Shown: positions 12,601-24,360, numbered from the whole stretch's first letter. The stretch: 63,082 nucleotides of DNA, filler included, from Octopus bimaculoides (GCF_001194135.2; 5 parts of 5 records of this genome joined end to end with filler, not necessarily neighbours in it), one strand, 5' to 3'. Numbers and translations are program-made. Notes: generated by a model not told the origin, from the letters alone.

Positions 12601-12814
12601 CTATTATATTTATGTATCTGTTTATATGTACTAAAGCTGAAGTGAAAATTCAGAATATGCACTACCAATCCTTTTTTATGTCAGGTGAATTCATTTCATA
12701 AGAAATAATTTTACATTTCAATGCATTTAGCTGTAACTGTAGTAGTTTTCAGAGAAAAATCCTGCCAAATATTTGTTAAAACCCTTTGTTGCTAACTTTT
12801 ATTCAAATATATTT

Positions 12815-13161
12815 ATCGTTGCCGGTGCCCCTGGGCTGGCTCCTGTGTGGGGTTGTCGTAGGATTTTCGAGCGAGATCGTTGCCGGTGCCCCTGGACTGG
12901 CTCTTGTGCGGGTGACACATGAGGTTTTTCGAGCGAGATGAGCATGGCCGTTGCCAGTACCGCCTGACTGGCCTTCATGCCGGTGACACGTAAAAGCACC
13001 CACTACACTCTCTGAGTGGTTGGCGTTAGGGAGGGCATCCAGCTGTAGAAACTCAGCCAAATCAGATTGGAGCCTGGTGTAGCCATCTGGTTTCACCAGT
13101 CCTCAGTCAAATCGTCCAACCCATGCTAGCATGGAAAGCAGACTTTAAACGACGACGACGA
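12815..13161 (+). mobile_element. RTE-LINE 3' UTR fragment with (GAC)n tail
   Basis: Near-identical to 10050-10225 plus 10764-10875. Confidence 0.85.
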
Positions 13162-13552
13162 TTAATAAATAAATAACTTCAAGCTGTTTTACAAAACCAG
13201 TATGGGGTTTTGATTATTTCACAATGAAATAAAATATATGGGATATACTTAACTTAAAAGTGAGTAAACAAATAACTATCATCAACAGAAAACAGTCTTT
13301 TGGGGTAAATTGCAAATAATAAAATAAATCAGAATGAATGCAAGACAGATGTTAAAGAGAAATAAAACAAGAATCTATATAACAAGCTGTTTAAGACTGA
13401 ATGCAGTGAGTTGACTGAGACAATAAGAGCACACCGAACATTCCACTAGTTTCACTTACGTGAATATACTGATTAATGAATTTGAAATACTAAATACAAA
13501 AATAATTATATATTTCAAACATTTTCAACCTGTTTTTGATTGAATCAATTAC

Positions 13553-13686
13553 CTTTTTCTGATGTTTACCTCTTCGAAGTATTGTTGGTGGTGTAGAAAG
13601 TTTAGAAGCCACTTTAGAAACAATTGGTATCAAACGCCCTGGGGACTTTAATTTATCAATGGCTCTGCCATCAAACCGAAGATCTG
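13553..13686 (-). CDS. myb: Myb-family gene, exon C (134 nt): DLRFDGRAIDKLKSPGRLIPIVSKVASKLSTPPTILRRGKHQKK
   Basis: AG/GT boundaries read by hand. STPPTILRR matches the STPPAILRK-type motif of A-Myb. This exon is absent from the supplied ORF track. Confidence 0.85.
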
Positions 13687-14512
13687 CTAAATGACCAAAA
13701 GAATTTTGACAAAGAGAATTACAGGGTAAATTCTTTGAGTTAAAAAATAAAATTTTATAACAAACAATTTCGTAATGTGTGTACTATGATGGAGAGCTGC
13801 TTATTAGTTAGATGTAATAATGTAACTATTACTAAAAGAAACCAATTATTAAAGTCTCCATTAACTTAGAAAATAATTAAAAATCAAAATATTAATATTT
13901 CTTTTTTTTCATCAAAATGTGGTCTTTAAGCTTTTTTCAGCTAAACAATTAATATTAATTAAATGCAAATGGGTTTCAAAAATTTAACAGTGAGATACAA
14001 TTGTTTAATGCCCCACCCCCTCTCTCTCTACATATTTTCAATAGTTAATTCCTTTGCAATAAGCTCCACTGTTCATATTATTTTAGTTTCATATGATGAA
14101 CAGGAACACAAAAACAAAAACAAAAAAATCGCTACACTGGTAAATTTGCCAATGTGGCTCTTTTGTATGTTGTATACCTTTAAAATATACCCACATGATG
14201 TGCTTACTATTTCTAGTATAATAAATGAGTACATAAACAGACTACATTTGAGTTTGTTCAAAAAAAAAAAGACAGATTAAGACTGTGATTATGTAATTGA
14301 GCAAGTGAGTATAAGATGAATAAAGGATACAAAGGAAAATTAGATGTAATATATCAGAAAAATTACACAAATTGGGAATCAAATATGTAAATACTATACA
14401 GGGACTAGCAGAAAACCATCTGGAGGACAGTCATTCTGCTCATTAATGTAAGAAATATTATAAATCATTATAAGAGAAAATATGAGAAAATTAGTTAGTA
14501 TATAAATTTTAA

Positions 14513-15697
14513 TATCATCATTGTTTAACATCTGCTTTCTATGCTAGCATGGGTTGGACAATTTGACTGAGGACTGGCGAACCAGATGGCTACACCAGGC
14601 TCCAATCTGATTTGGCAGAGTTTCTACAGCTGGATGCCCTTCCTAACACCAACCGCTCCGAGAGTGTAGTGGGTGCCTTTACATGCCACCGGCACGAAGG
14701 TCAGTCAGGCAGTACTGGCAACGGCCATGCTCAAAATGGTGCATTTTACGTGCCACTAGCACGGAAGCCAGACAGCTGCTCTGGCAATGAACACGCTCAA
14801 CAGTGCTGTTAGTGCTCCACNNNNNNNNNNNNNNNNNNNNNNNNNNNNNNNNNNNNNNNNNNNNNNNNNNNNNNNNNNNNNNNNNNNNNNNNNNNNNNNN
14901 NNNNNNNNNNNNNNNNNNNNNNNNNNNNNNNNNNNNNNNNNNNNNNNNNNNNNNNNNNNNNNNNNNNNNNNNNNNNNNNNNNNNNNNNNNNNNNNNNNNN
15001 NNNNNNNNNNNNNNNNNNNNNNNNNNNNNNNNNNNNNNNNNNNNNNNNNNNNNNNNNNNNNNNNNNNNNNNNNNNNNNNNNNNNNNNNNNNNNNNNNNNN
15101 NNNNNNNNNNNNNNNNNNNNNNNNNNNNNNNNNNNNNNNNNNNNNNNNNNNNNNNNNNNNNNNNNNNNNNNNNNNNNNNNNNNNNNNNNNNNNNNNNNNN
15201 NNNNNNNNNNNNNNNNNNNNNNNNNNNNNNNNNNNNNNNNNNNNNNNNNNNNNNNNNNNNNNNNNNNNNNNNNNNNNNNNNNNNNNNNNNNNNNNNNNNN
15301 NNNNNNNNNNNNNNNNNNNNNNNNNNNNNNNNNNNNNNNNNNNNNNNNNNTAGGGTGTGGCACTTTTTCACACAGCTATCCTCATCCATTCTTGCCACAT
15401 GTCCATACCAGCGCAATCGTCTCTCTTGCACACCACAACTAATGCTTCTTAGGTTCAACTTTTCTCTCAAGGTACTTACACCCTGTCGAGTATGCACACT
15501 GACATTACACATCCATCGGAGCATACTGGCTTCATTCCCTGCGAGTTTACGCATGTCTTCAGCAGTCACAGCCCATGTTTCACTGCCATGTAGCATGGCT
15601 GTTCGTACACATGCGTCATACAGTCTGCCTTTTACTCTGAGTGAGAGGCCTTTTGTCGCCAGCAGAGGTAAGAGCTCTCTGAACTTTGCCCAGGCTT
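14513..15697 (-). mobile_element. 5'-truncated RTE LINE spanning a gap
   Basis: MLHGSETWAVTAEDMRKLAGNEASMLRW...RLRWYGHVARM. It truncates at almost the same 5' point as the 9252 copy (gcctgggcaaagttcag). Confidence 0.9.
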
Positions 15698-16064
15698 GAT
15701 GGGGTTGCCAGTTTAGTTGCCGATGACCCGACCATGTGACAGGTTGTACTGGGTTACATGTTACTAGTAGTGCTCAAGAGCGACCTGACTTTAGTTATCG
15801 GCAGGACCTAAGAGATCAGATTCCTGGCTTTGAACTAGCAGGATGTCCTGCAGGGGATCTTGAACGTAAGATAATGGGTGAGACCCTAATATTCCTAGCT
15901 AAATGGCAACTGCAGAACCACATGGAGCAGTGCCCTGCAGCTCCTATAGTATGCACAACCAAAACCCCTATGAATAGGGGCATCCTATGCGACGACCTAG
16001 ATGAGATGATGAATATATTGCATTACCTGTGATAAAATTATCAAAAAAAAAAAAAAAAAAAAAA
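15698..16064 (+). mobile_element. Poly(A)-tailed retroposed insertion of unknown origin
   Basis: 98-aa ORF (15736-16032) ends 10 nt before A22 (16043-16064). GGCTT flanks both sides (15693-15697, 16065-16069). Confidence 0.5.
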
Positions 16065-16719
16065 GGCTTTATGTCCTACTCATGTCAAATTTAATACCTA
16101 AATTTCATTTCTGTAATCAATCCTATTGTGATGGATAGCTTGGACAAACACAAGCAAAAAAGTACAGGATTAGTGTATTATCAACTAGATGAGAGATAGC
16201 AATAAGTTCAGTGTGGAATTTAGCATACAGGTTGATGCACATTAGGACCTAGTTCTTGGTTGCATGTGAGATCTCTGGTATATCAATGATCCACCTCTCA
16301 TCAGAGATTTTGAGAGGAAATTACAAATTTAGAAGCAAAACTAGAATCAAAGGGCTTCTAACTGAACCTAGCAAAAATTAAAGTTTTATTTAGTAGCAGG
16401 TGAGAGAGAAAAAATCCACAATCTTTGCTATTGGTAAAGCAGCCATACTCAGGGAGCAGGTAGGAATTCCATACAGTAACAACCATAAACTATGGGCACA
16501 CAAGAGATGTAGTGGGATCAGAGGAAGACTGACAGAGAAGGTAGTCTTCATATGTGCCAGATGCACATGAATAGTTAGCATGTGAGTACACATGAAAGAA
16601 ATTGGAATGCCCCTTGCTTAGAATGCCTACTCAAAGTTGGAATGCTCCCTCTAAGTAGTTAATAGCTTCTGTTACCTGGACAACTTAATTAACAGTGGAA
16701 GCAAGTGTTTTAAGGTTTA

Positions 16720-17070
16720 GAACTGAGTGGAATAAGTTGGGTGAGTTATTACTTCAGCTGATGACAAAGGGTTTCTTTATCAATGCTTAATGGTAATGAG
16801 ATACGAGCCTTGAATATAGAGAATTTGTCAAGGCCAGAAAGATATGAAGTGAGAAAGATATGACTGAAATGTTAGTGGATTTGCATGATGGAGCATAATT
16901 GAACTGACAGAAAAACTGGATATAAGAAGCAAATACAGTATGCAAGAGAGGTGACGCAGTACAGGCATGTGAAGTATATTTATGGAAAAAGTCGCTCATA
17001 CAGAGAAATGCCGAGCACTCCAAATGAACCAAACCTGTAGAAGAAGGAGATCAAGGAAAACATGAGAATG
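16720..17070 (+). pseudogene. Ancient RTE C-terminal relic
   Basis: EKLDIRS..MQER...RHV and GRRRSRKT-like remnants parallel the 9252 copy. Confidence 0.4.
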
Positions 17071-17216
17071 AAATTAAAGACTTATCTTGAAAAGTTGTAC
17101 TTCCACAATAGCGATGATAAAAGATTATGATATAATACAGTTCTATATTTAAGAGATGAGGAATTATGTACATTATTTACACTTGACAGATATTTCTCCT
17201 AATCTTGCCTGTTGTT

Positions 17217-17262
17217 TACACAACATTTCGGCTGATACACCCTCCAGCCTTCATCAGGTGTC
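17217..17262 (-). ncRNA. Minimal type I hammerhead ribozyme (3' pLTR copy)
   Basis: GACAC-CUGAUGA-A-GGCUG[GAGGGUGUAU]CAGCC-GAAA-UGUU-GUGUA: intact core boxes, perfect stem II, 4-bp stem I. Confidence 0.7.
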
Positions 17263-17331
17263 TTGGGGAAGTTTCAAACCAGAGTTCTCATTTCAAAGGT
17301 ATTTTTTGATATTATTATTATTATTATTCGG

Positions 17332-17403
17332 GTGACTGCTTGGAATCGAACTCAGAATGTCTGGGTTTAGTAGCCCATGCTCTTAACCACTACATCATAT
17401 GCC
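17332..17403 (-). promoter_or_regulatory. tRNA-like Pol III internal promoter (A and B boxes) in the Penelope 3' region
   Basis: A box TGTAGTGGTTAA (17394-17383), B box GAGTTCGATTCC (17353-17342), anticodon-loop-like CTACTAA, followed by (AAT)n. Confidence 0.65.
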
Positions 17404-19095
17404 CGTGGGCAATTATGGAGTGAATTTTAGGGCTTATAAATCTAATATTTTCCTATCCTTCCTTAATACCAGTTCCCATATGCTACACATATCTGCACTC
17501 GGTCTAGCATATATCCTGCTTCTTTTAGTTATCGTATTTTCCAATGGTGTTCTCTGTCTATTATTTTAACTTCATCCCACAGGGGGAGGTGGTCTCCATT
17601 TTTCCATATATGATCAGCTATACCCAATTTATCAATATCTCCTTGTTTCACAGCTTTGCAATGTTCGTCTACCCTTATTTTGAGGAGGCAGCATGTTTTT
17701 CATTTGTATAACCTACCACAGCTGCATGGGATGGAGTACACGCAGTCTTTAGTTATATTCTCTTCTATTGGTGGTTTTACCCGAAGGAGATATTTGCAAA
17801 GTGTTGTGTTACTCTTGAATACTGTCCTGATGTCATATGAGCCACATACCTTTTGTATCTTTTCAGAGAGACCTTTCACATAGGGTAGACAGATTGTGGA
17901 CAGTTTATTAGTTTCATCCTTTCTTTTCTTCCTAATTGGAATGGGTAGTATGTTTTTGGAGTAGTTGTTGCTTAATAGATTTTGTTATTGAGCTTGATCA
18001 TTTCTTCGTGGTGTGTAGCACGATCGCTACTTATATTCTTTGCACGATGTTTTAGGCACTGAGCAATCCCTCTCTTTACACTGTATGGATGGTGGGAATT
18101 GAAGTTTAGGTATCGCCCAATGAAGGTCGGCTTGCAGTATACGGATGTCCTGAATCCATACTTGGTGCGTGTTATTAATACATCCAGGAATGCTAGTTGA
18201 TTGTCTTTTTCCTTTTCCATTGTGAACTGTATGGATGGCTTTATTGAGTTCACATGAACTAACAGCACTTGAATATCTTCCTGGTGGGGCCAGAGTATAA
18301 AGGTATCATCAACATATCGCAGCCATAGTGTTGGTATTAGTGGTGTTGATCCTAAAGCCAAATTCTCAAAGCACTCCCTGTATATATTGGCTATTATCAG
18401 TGATAATGGCAAACCTATAGCTAAACCCTCCTCTTGTCGATATATATTAGTGTCCATACTGAAGTAGGTAGTTTCTACACAGAAGGTCAACATTTCCATC
18501 AAGTTTCTTATTGGTATACTAGTGTGTTCTTTTAGATGGGTGTCTGTCACTAGTTTTTCTTGAATCACCGATAGTGCTTCACCAGTTGGGACTTTGGTGA
18601 ACAGGCTTATCACATCTAAACTCACCATCTGGTTGGATTCAATGGGGGTATCCTTGATCAATTCTGTGAAGTGGGTGGAATTCTTCACATAAGATGTTGA
18701 CTTTCCAGCTAATGGACTGATTATATCCACAAGGAAGCGGCTCAGTGGATGACATGCTGAACCTCTACAGCTCACTATAGGTCTTAATGGAATACCATCC
18801 TTGTGAATCTTAAGGAGACCGTACATGTGTTGAGTCAGTTGTCTGTACTTCATTGGTGTAAAGTGATCCTTGTTCATGATCAAGATCTGTGATAACTTCC
18901 CCTCTGTTTTCAAAGTAGGGTCTTTCTTTTCTTTGCTGTAGCTACCATCACTTTAAGACTTGCCAATTTTTCAGAGTAGTCAGACTTGTTCATCACCACT
19001 GTAGCATTCCCCTTGTCCGCTGGAAGTATTATGATGGAATTGTCACTCTATAGGAAGAAAAGTTCGCTATCAAAAGACTACAGAAATTTCCCCAA

Positions 19096-19141
19096 GACAC
19101 CTGATGAAGGCTAGAGGGTATATCAGCCGAAATGTTGTGTT
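19096..19141 (+). ncRNA. Minimal type I hammerhead ribozyme (inverted 5' pLTR copy)
   Basis: GACAC-CUGAUGA-A-GGCU[AGAGGGUAUAUC]AGCC-GAAA-UGUU-GUGUU. Confidence 0.7.
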
Positions 19142-21883
19142 AACAACAAATAAGATGAGGGCAAATATCCATCAAATGTAAATAATGTAAGATTATGATA
19201 TGTGGCAAAATGTGAATCTAGAGAAGAACTGCCCAACCCATGCAAGCACAAAAGAGCAGATGTAAAATGATAGATTAGGTGAGGTGGCAGTAGTATGGAG
19301 GGGTCCTTACTATCATGCTTTCTTTCCTAATCATACTATGTAATCTCTCTCTCCCTACAATCACTTTTCTTTATTACTATCCAACACTCCCTCTCCCACA
19401 TTACTCTCTTCCCATGCTGTTCTATTCAGTTTCCTAACCTCAATGACTTATTTTGGTTCTCATTCTCTCATTATTTTCACTTCTGTCACCCTCTTGGCCA
19501 TGGTGCTCTTCATCCTCAATTGTTATGCAGAAATCTACACCTTTCTATCACACTGGTTCTCATATCCTTTCCACTATCACCTTCTTGCTCTGGCACCTTG
19601 CCCACCATGTTGTATGAGAAAGGAGTGAACAACAAAGACAATGCAGGGAAGAGGAGACTCTTTTTAGACTTTCCTGAGTGAAACAAACTCTGGAGCTAAT
19701 GAATGAACTGAGACAGTGTAAGGTAGAAAGGGCTTTTCAGTCTTACTTGGAAGATAACCTCTACAGTTCTGGCAGTGCCATGATAAATTGCACTAAATAC
19801 ATTCTATTTAGTGTCAGCAACAGGAACAACACCCAGTCATAGAAGTCATGCCAAAACCTGGAACATAAGTGAGACATGTTCCTCTAACCCATCTAGGATG
19901 GTAGCAACTTGGAAAAGCAAATATATTTATGATGATGACATTCATGTAACAATTGTACATTATGTGAATAATTTCCAGTATGAACTATTTTTTTAAGATA
20001 AGTTAATTTCCATACTTATACATCATTCTCTCAAAACTAATTTGGTAAATATAGTGAAGTAAATGCTTCATTAAAGAGGTTTAACAGCACCAAGCATACC
20101 TAGAATAGGATTATTTGAATGATTAAAATATGAGCCATTAATTGGATGGGTGGGTATGTATGTATGTATGCATGCATTTGTAACATCCAACCCTTCTAAG
20201 TTCTACACGTTGTTCCCCTTTATATGATTTACTTTCTAAATTATCCAACAGAGTAGTTAGTTCTATTTACTTTTCATTAAGTTTATTCTGCTCACATAAT
20301 ATTTTTTGTGTTCATAAACTCTATCATATTAATTTTTTCCTTTTTTTCAAAAGTAAATTTAATCTAACCAATATATATATATATCATGCAATGTGTCATC
20401 AATATATATTTAATATGCTATATCTAATTGTATATACACTTCTACATTTAGTTATTCGACTTCATATATTCCATTATTAACTTTTAGATTCAACTTACCA
20501 GGAATTATCATGCATTCAACTTTAACATATTTACTTATACACTGCATGCATATACTTTCATGCTTATATGCAACATTCTCTATGCATTTATATGTAACAC
20601 TTGTATTGAAACAAAATATATATTTCATTGGTGTCATAAATTATATTATCATAGCACACATACAACTTATTTTAAGGCTCCAAAATAACCAAACTTATTT
20701 TCTTTTTTTGCCATGCATCACAACGTTTATAAGATTTCTTCAATAATATTGTAGCACAAACAGTTCTTTTGAAGCAAATTGCTGTTATACTACAGACTGA
20801 TGACAGTTAAGTTTGATTTGATCTTTCCCACTAACACCATTAAAAATCTTACTTCGTAACATATTTTTTCAATCTCCCCAGCAATAGAACAATGGCAAAG
20901 AGTAAGAAGTGGAGACCCAAAGAGAGCAACAAAGACAACGCTAAGATAGAACAGTGCAATGACACAAAATGCAAGCATAGACTATGTGGCTGTGATGTTG
21001 ACAGGAAAACCAAGATGAAACTGTGAGAAGGCAACAAGACAGAGATACAGAATAAGGTTGAATCAAGCTGCTGAAAAGAAATAAAAAAGTATAAAAGAGC
21101 AGGTTAGACAGAGAACTTTAATTAGGATACAGAATGAGTGAGGAACAAAGAAGATTAGAACAAGTGAGACACACAACTAAATTACAAAATAAAACTGAGG
21201 AAGAAAGAGAAGACTGATAGAAATGGGACACAGAGCAGTTCAAAGAATAGATTATGAAACTGATGATGAAAAGGAAAAGAAACTAGATTTAAAACAAAGG
21301 GCTTATACTACAACATGCAAATAAAACAGCAGACAAAAAAATCTTAGAAGAGAGAATGTGTTCAAGCGTGGTTAGTGAATGAGGATGACAATAAAAGAAG
21401 TATAAAAAGGCAATGAAAGGCAAAAATTATGTAAACAATGTGATACAAATAAGCAATTATTTTCCTGTTATTTTGGCATTTTCATTTACATCCTCATACT
21501 CTCATTAGCAACTTTCATCATGTACATTTTTAAACAATACCTCCAATTAGAAGCCAAAGTATTGTAATAATCACAATTTCTGCCTTTCATGCTGGCATGG
21601 GTTGGACGGTTTGACAGGAGCTGGTCAGGCAGAAGACTACACTAGGCTTAAGTGGCACCAACACCAGCATGGTCACCAAGTAACTGGCAAGACAAGGAAT
21701 TTTGAGTTCTAGTATAATATACAACAATTTTGAATTCTAGTATAATATACATTACAAATTGTAATTTTATGAGTAACAAATATTTTTATATAATTCTAAA
21801 CAGCATTTATTCCACTGACAGAACTGAAAAGATAACTGGTGTTATTACTCCACTTCACACTAATTAAAATAAAATTTTTTTAC

Positions 21884-22017
21884 CTTTTTTATTTAAACCT
21901 GTAAATTTATTAGGTGTCACACTCGGATTATCTTCTGTCACATCATTCAGATCTAATGAGTTAAAATCTATGAGTCCACTATCCATATCTTCACCACAAG
22001 TACTGGTATCAGATGAA
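21884..22017 (-). CDS. myb: Myb-family gene, internal exon B (134 nt): SSDTSTCGEDMDSGLIDFNSLDLNDVTEDNPSVTPNKFTGLNKK
   Basis: Acceptor ttttttttcttacAG and donor GTAAAA. Its phase-1 end matches the phase-1 start of exon C. Acidic sequence, like a Myb transactivation-region linker. Confidence 0.75.
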
Positions 22018-22101
22018 CTGTAAGAAAAAAAAGCACTAAGTTTTATAAAATAATTCATATCTTTTTCAAAAAGAAGAAAAGAAAGAAAGAAATATATTTA
22101 C

Positions 22102-22180
22102 CATATAACCACATTTTTCTTGTTTGTGTCTGGTTCTGGAGTTGCCTGTACTTTTAAACTGATATCACAATTGTCCATAA
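22102..22180 (-). CDS. myb: Myb-family gene, internal exon A (79 nt; phase 1 in, phase 2 out): MDNCDISLKVQATPEPDTNKKNVVI
   Basis: Acceptor ttttttgaattgcAG and donor GTAAAT. An 84-nt intron joins it in frame to exon B. Assigned to Myb only through phase-consistent linkage; the peptide itself is not diagnostic. Confidence 0.7.
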
Positions 22181-22206
22181 CTGCAATTCAAAAAAATATA
22201 TTTATA

Positions 22207-23250
22207 CATGGTGAGTAAGATATTTGCTGCATTTTTTGCTAAATCTGTATAATTTTTGTTTCAGAAAATGATAATGGCAGATCCTCATCTTACTCAAGAA
22301 ATGAAGAAGCATGCTGTTATTGAGGTTATAAAGGCTGAGCATTGTGATTTAGAAATATTTCGATTTTGAAAAGTTGCTACATTTTTCATGTACAAAGTTT
22401 GTAAGGAGCTAGAGACTGAAGATGGAAATGTATCATCAGTATCAAAGCATAAAAAGCACTCTAAACACTCAGAAATCATCAGAACACCTGAATTTATCCA
22501 GCAACAGACCATTGATTACAATCCCAGAAAGTCCATGAGGTCAATTGCAAAAGATCTCCATGTGTCAGAAGGAACAGTTAGAAATATTGTCCATGAAGAC
22601 ACCAGATATAAGTCTTATATGATGAGGAAAGGTCCACTACATCAGATCTAAAAGGCTCTTAAACAAATTGAAAAATCCAGCAGAAGATTTGATTTGATTT
22701 TTCTCAAACAAGAAAAGCTTCGACCAAGATCAATAAGTTAACAGATGAAATGACAGATAGTTATGTGCTGACCCTTCTGAAGTTCCAAGTGTTATGCATA
22801 CAAAATTTCCTGCAACAGTAATGGTTTTAGAGATTGTCAGCAACGAAGGACATGTGATACCTCCTTACTTCTTTCCACAAGGCCGCCTACATTGAGGTCC
22901 TGCAAATAATTGTTAAGCTCTGGATAGACAGTGTATGCAATGGAAGGCCATATGTGTTTCAGTAAGACTCTGCACTATCACACATGGCTCTAGTAATACA
23001 GGAATGCATGGTTGAAAATTTTCATGATCACATAACCCCTAACATTTGACCTCCTAATTCCCCAGATATCAATTCATTGGACAATTACATGTCTTTGAAA
23101 GCTGCCATATCAGAGTAATGTCAAAATGAACCAGGACCACTTGATTCGAGCGTGTAGATGATTTAGATCTCATATAGAAGTAGTTGTTGAAGCTGAAGGT
23201 GGCTTTGTTGAATAACATTATAGAAAATAAGTTTTATTTTTAACCTCATA
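22207..23250 (+). mobile_element. Decayed Tc1/mariner-superfamily element (maT/DD37D-like)
   Basis: KSMRSIAKDLHVSEGTVRNIVHED..YKSY; HTKFPATVMVL..VSNEGHV.PP.FF; PPNSPDINSLDNY. Multiple stops and frameshifts. Confidence 0.75.
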
Positions 23251-23280
23251 GCATTTTTTGATAAATAAAGTTATTATCTG

Positions 23281-23480
23281 TTATTACCTCTGCCTTAGTG
23301 AAGGCAGAGGTATTGTTTTCAGTCACATTTATTTGTTTGTTTGTCCGTGGACAAAATATCTCAAGAACCGCTGGATGGATTCGAATGAAACTTTCAGGAA
23401 TCTTTGGCCGCATGACTGGCATGAATTGATTAGATTTTGGGATCGATCCAATACCCAACAAAGATTCTAGATTATTTTTC
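23281..23480 (+). mobile_element. Probable non-autonomous Helitron/Helentron (HINE/DINE-1-like) 5' part
   Basis: ttacctctgccttagtgaaggcagagg hairpin, a (TTTG)n tract, then tctcaagaaccgctggatggattcgaatgaaactttcagg, the typical HINE layout. Confidence 0.5.
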
Positions 23481-23829
23481 CTGTTTTTTTTTTTACTTAA
23501 TTTTTGAGAGCCGTCTGCTTCATTTTAAATATTCTTGTTTGTAAGAGCAGTCAAATTTATTTCAGATATTCTCATTTTAAAAATCATCTCTGGCTAATCT
23601 TTGAGAGGATGTTGGCGTTTTCCTCTGTCTTTTTCTGTATGTGCATTTTCATTCAAATGTCAACTGCTTTCAAAACAGGTAAACTGTCTTGTCATTTTTA
23701 ATAGCTTGACAAATGATAAAATAAATTATTATTTCAACCAGAAAACCCCAGGCAGCTGTATTTCACAAGACTTGTGGGTTTTAATTATAATTATAATTAT
23801 ATAAATATATAATAACAGACTACATAAAA

Positions 23830-24360
23830 TTGCAGAGAGGGGATATCATGAATCTCAACATGATCCTCTCTTTTTGACAGTTACAGAAGTGCTGAGAACA
23901 AAGGCAACTACTCTACATCAACTTTATTCATCTCATAAAGGATTTTGAGCTAGTTAATAGATGGCCTATTCAAAATCCTTGCCAAGGTTGAATGTCCTCC
24001 AAGATTTCTCAGGATAGTCCAATCATTTCACGCAGATATGGAAGGTGTCATTCAATTTGATGGCTATTAATTGGAGGCATTTAACATATGCAGTGGTGTA
24101 AAGTAGAGCTATGTCTTTGCCCTCACCCTGTTTGGCATCCCTTTTGCAGTGATGTTAAATAATGCAGTTGTAGTGTCAACTACACATCAGATCAAACAAA
24201 AAACTATCTGGTCTTTCAAGGCTGAAAGCAAAATCCAGATTCTTCAAATACTCACCAGAGAAATGTTGTTTGTGGACAATGCAGCATTGACAGCACACTA
24301 TGAGAAGCAAATGCAGCACCTCATAAACAAACTCTTAACAGCCCACCAGGAATTCAGCCT
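23830..24360 (+). pseudogene. Old RTE-type RT fragment
   Basis: FNICSGVK*SYVFALTLFGI...REMLFVDNAAL.AH.E..MQ.L (RT motifs GVKQG and LFADD, degenerate). Confidence 0.6.

Larger units (their letters stand above)
17160..19190 (-). mobile_element. Penelope-like element (RT plus C-terminal GIY-YIG) with inverted pseudo-LTRs
   Basis: ILPADKGNATVVM (~19000); YGLLKIHKDGIPLRPIVS...SLDVISLFT...WLRYVDDTF...FLDVLI (ORF 17972-18913); GIY-YIG CVYSIPCSCG (~17720). 17169-17275 is the reverse complement of 19085-19190. Confidence 0.92.
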
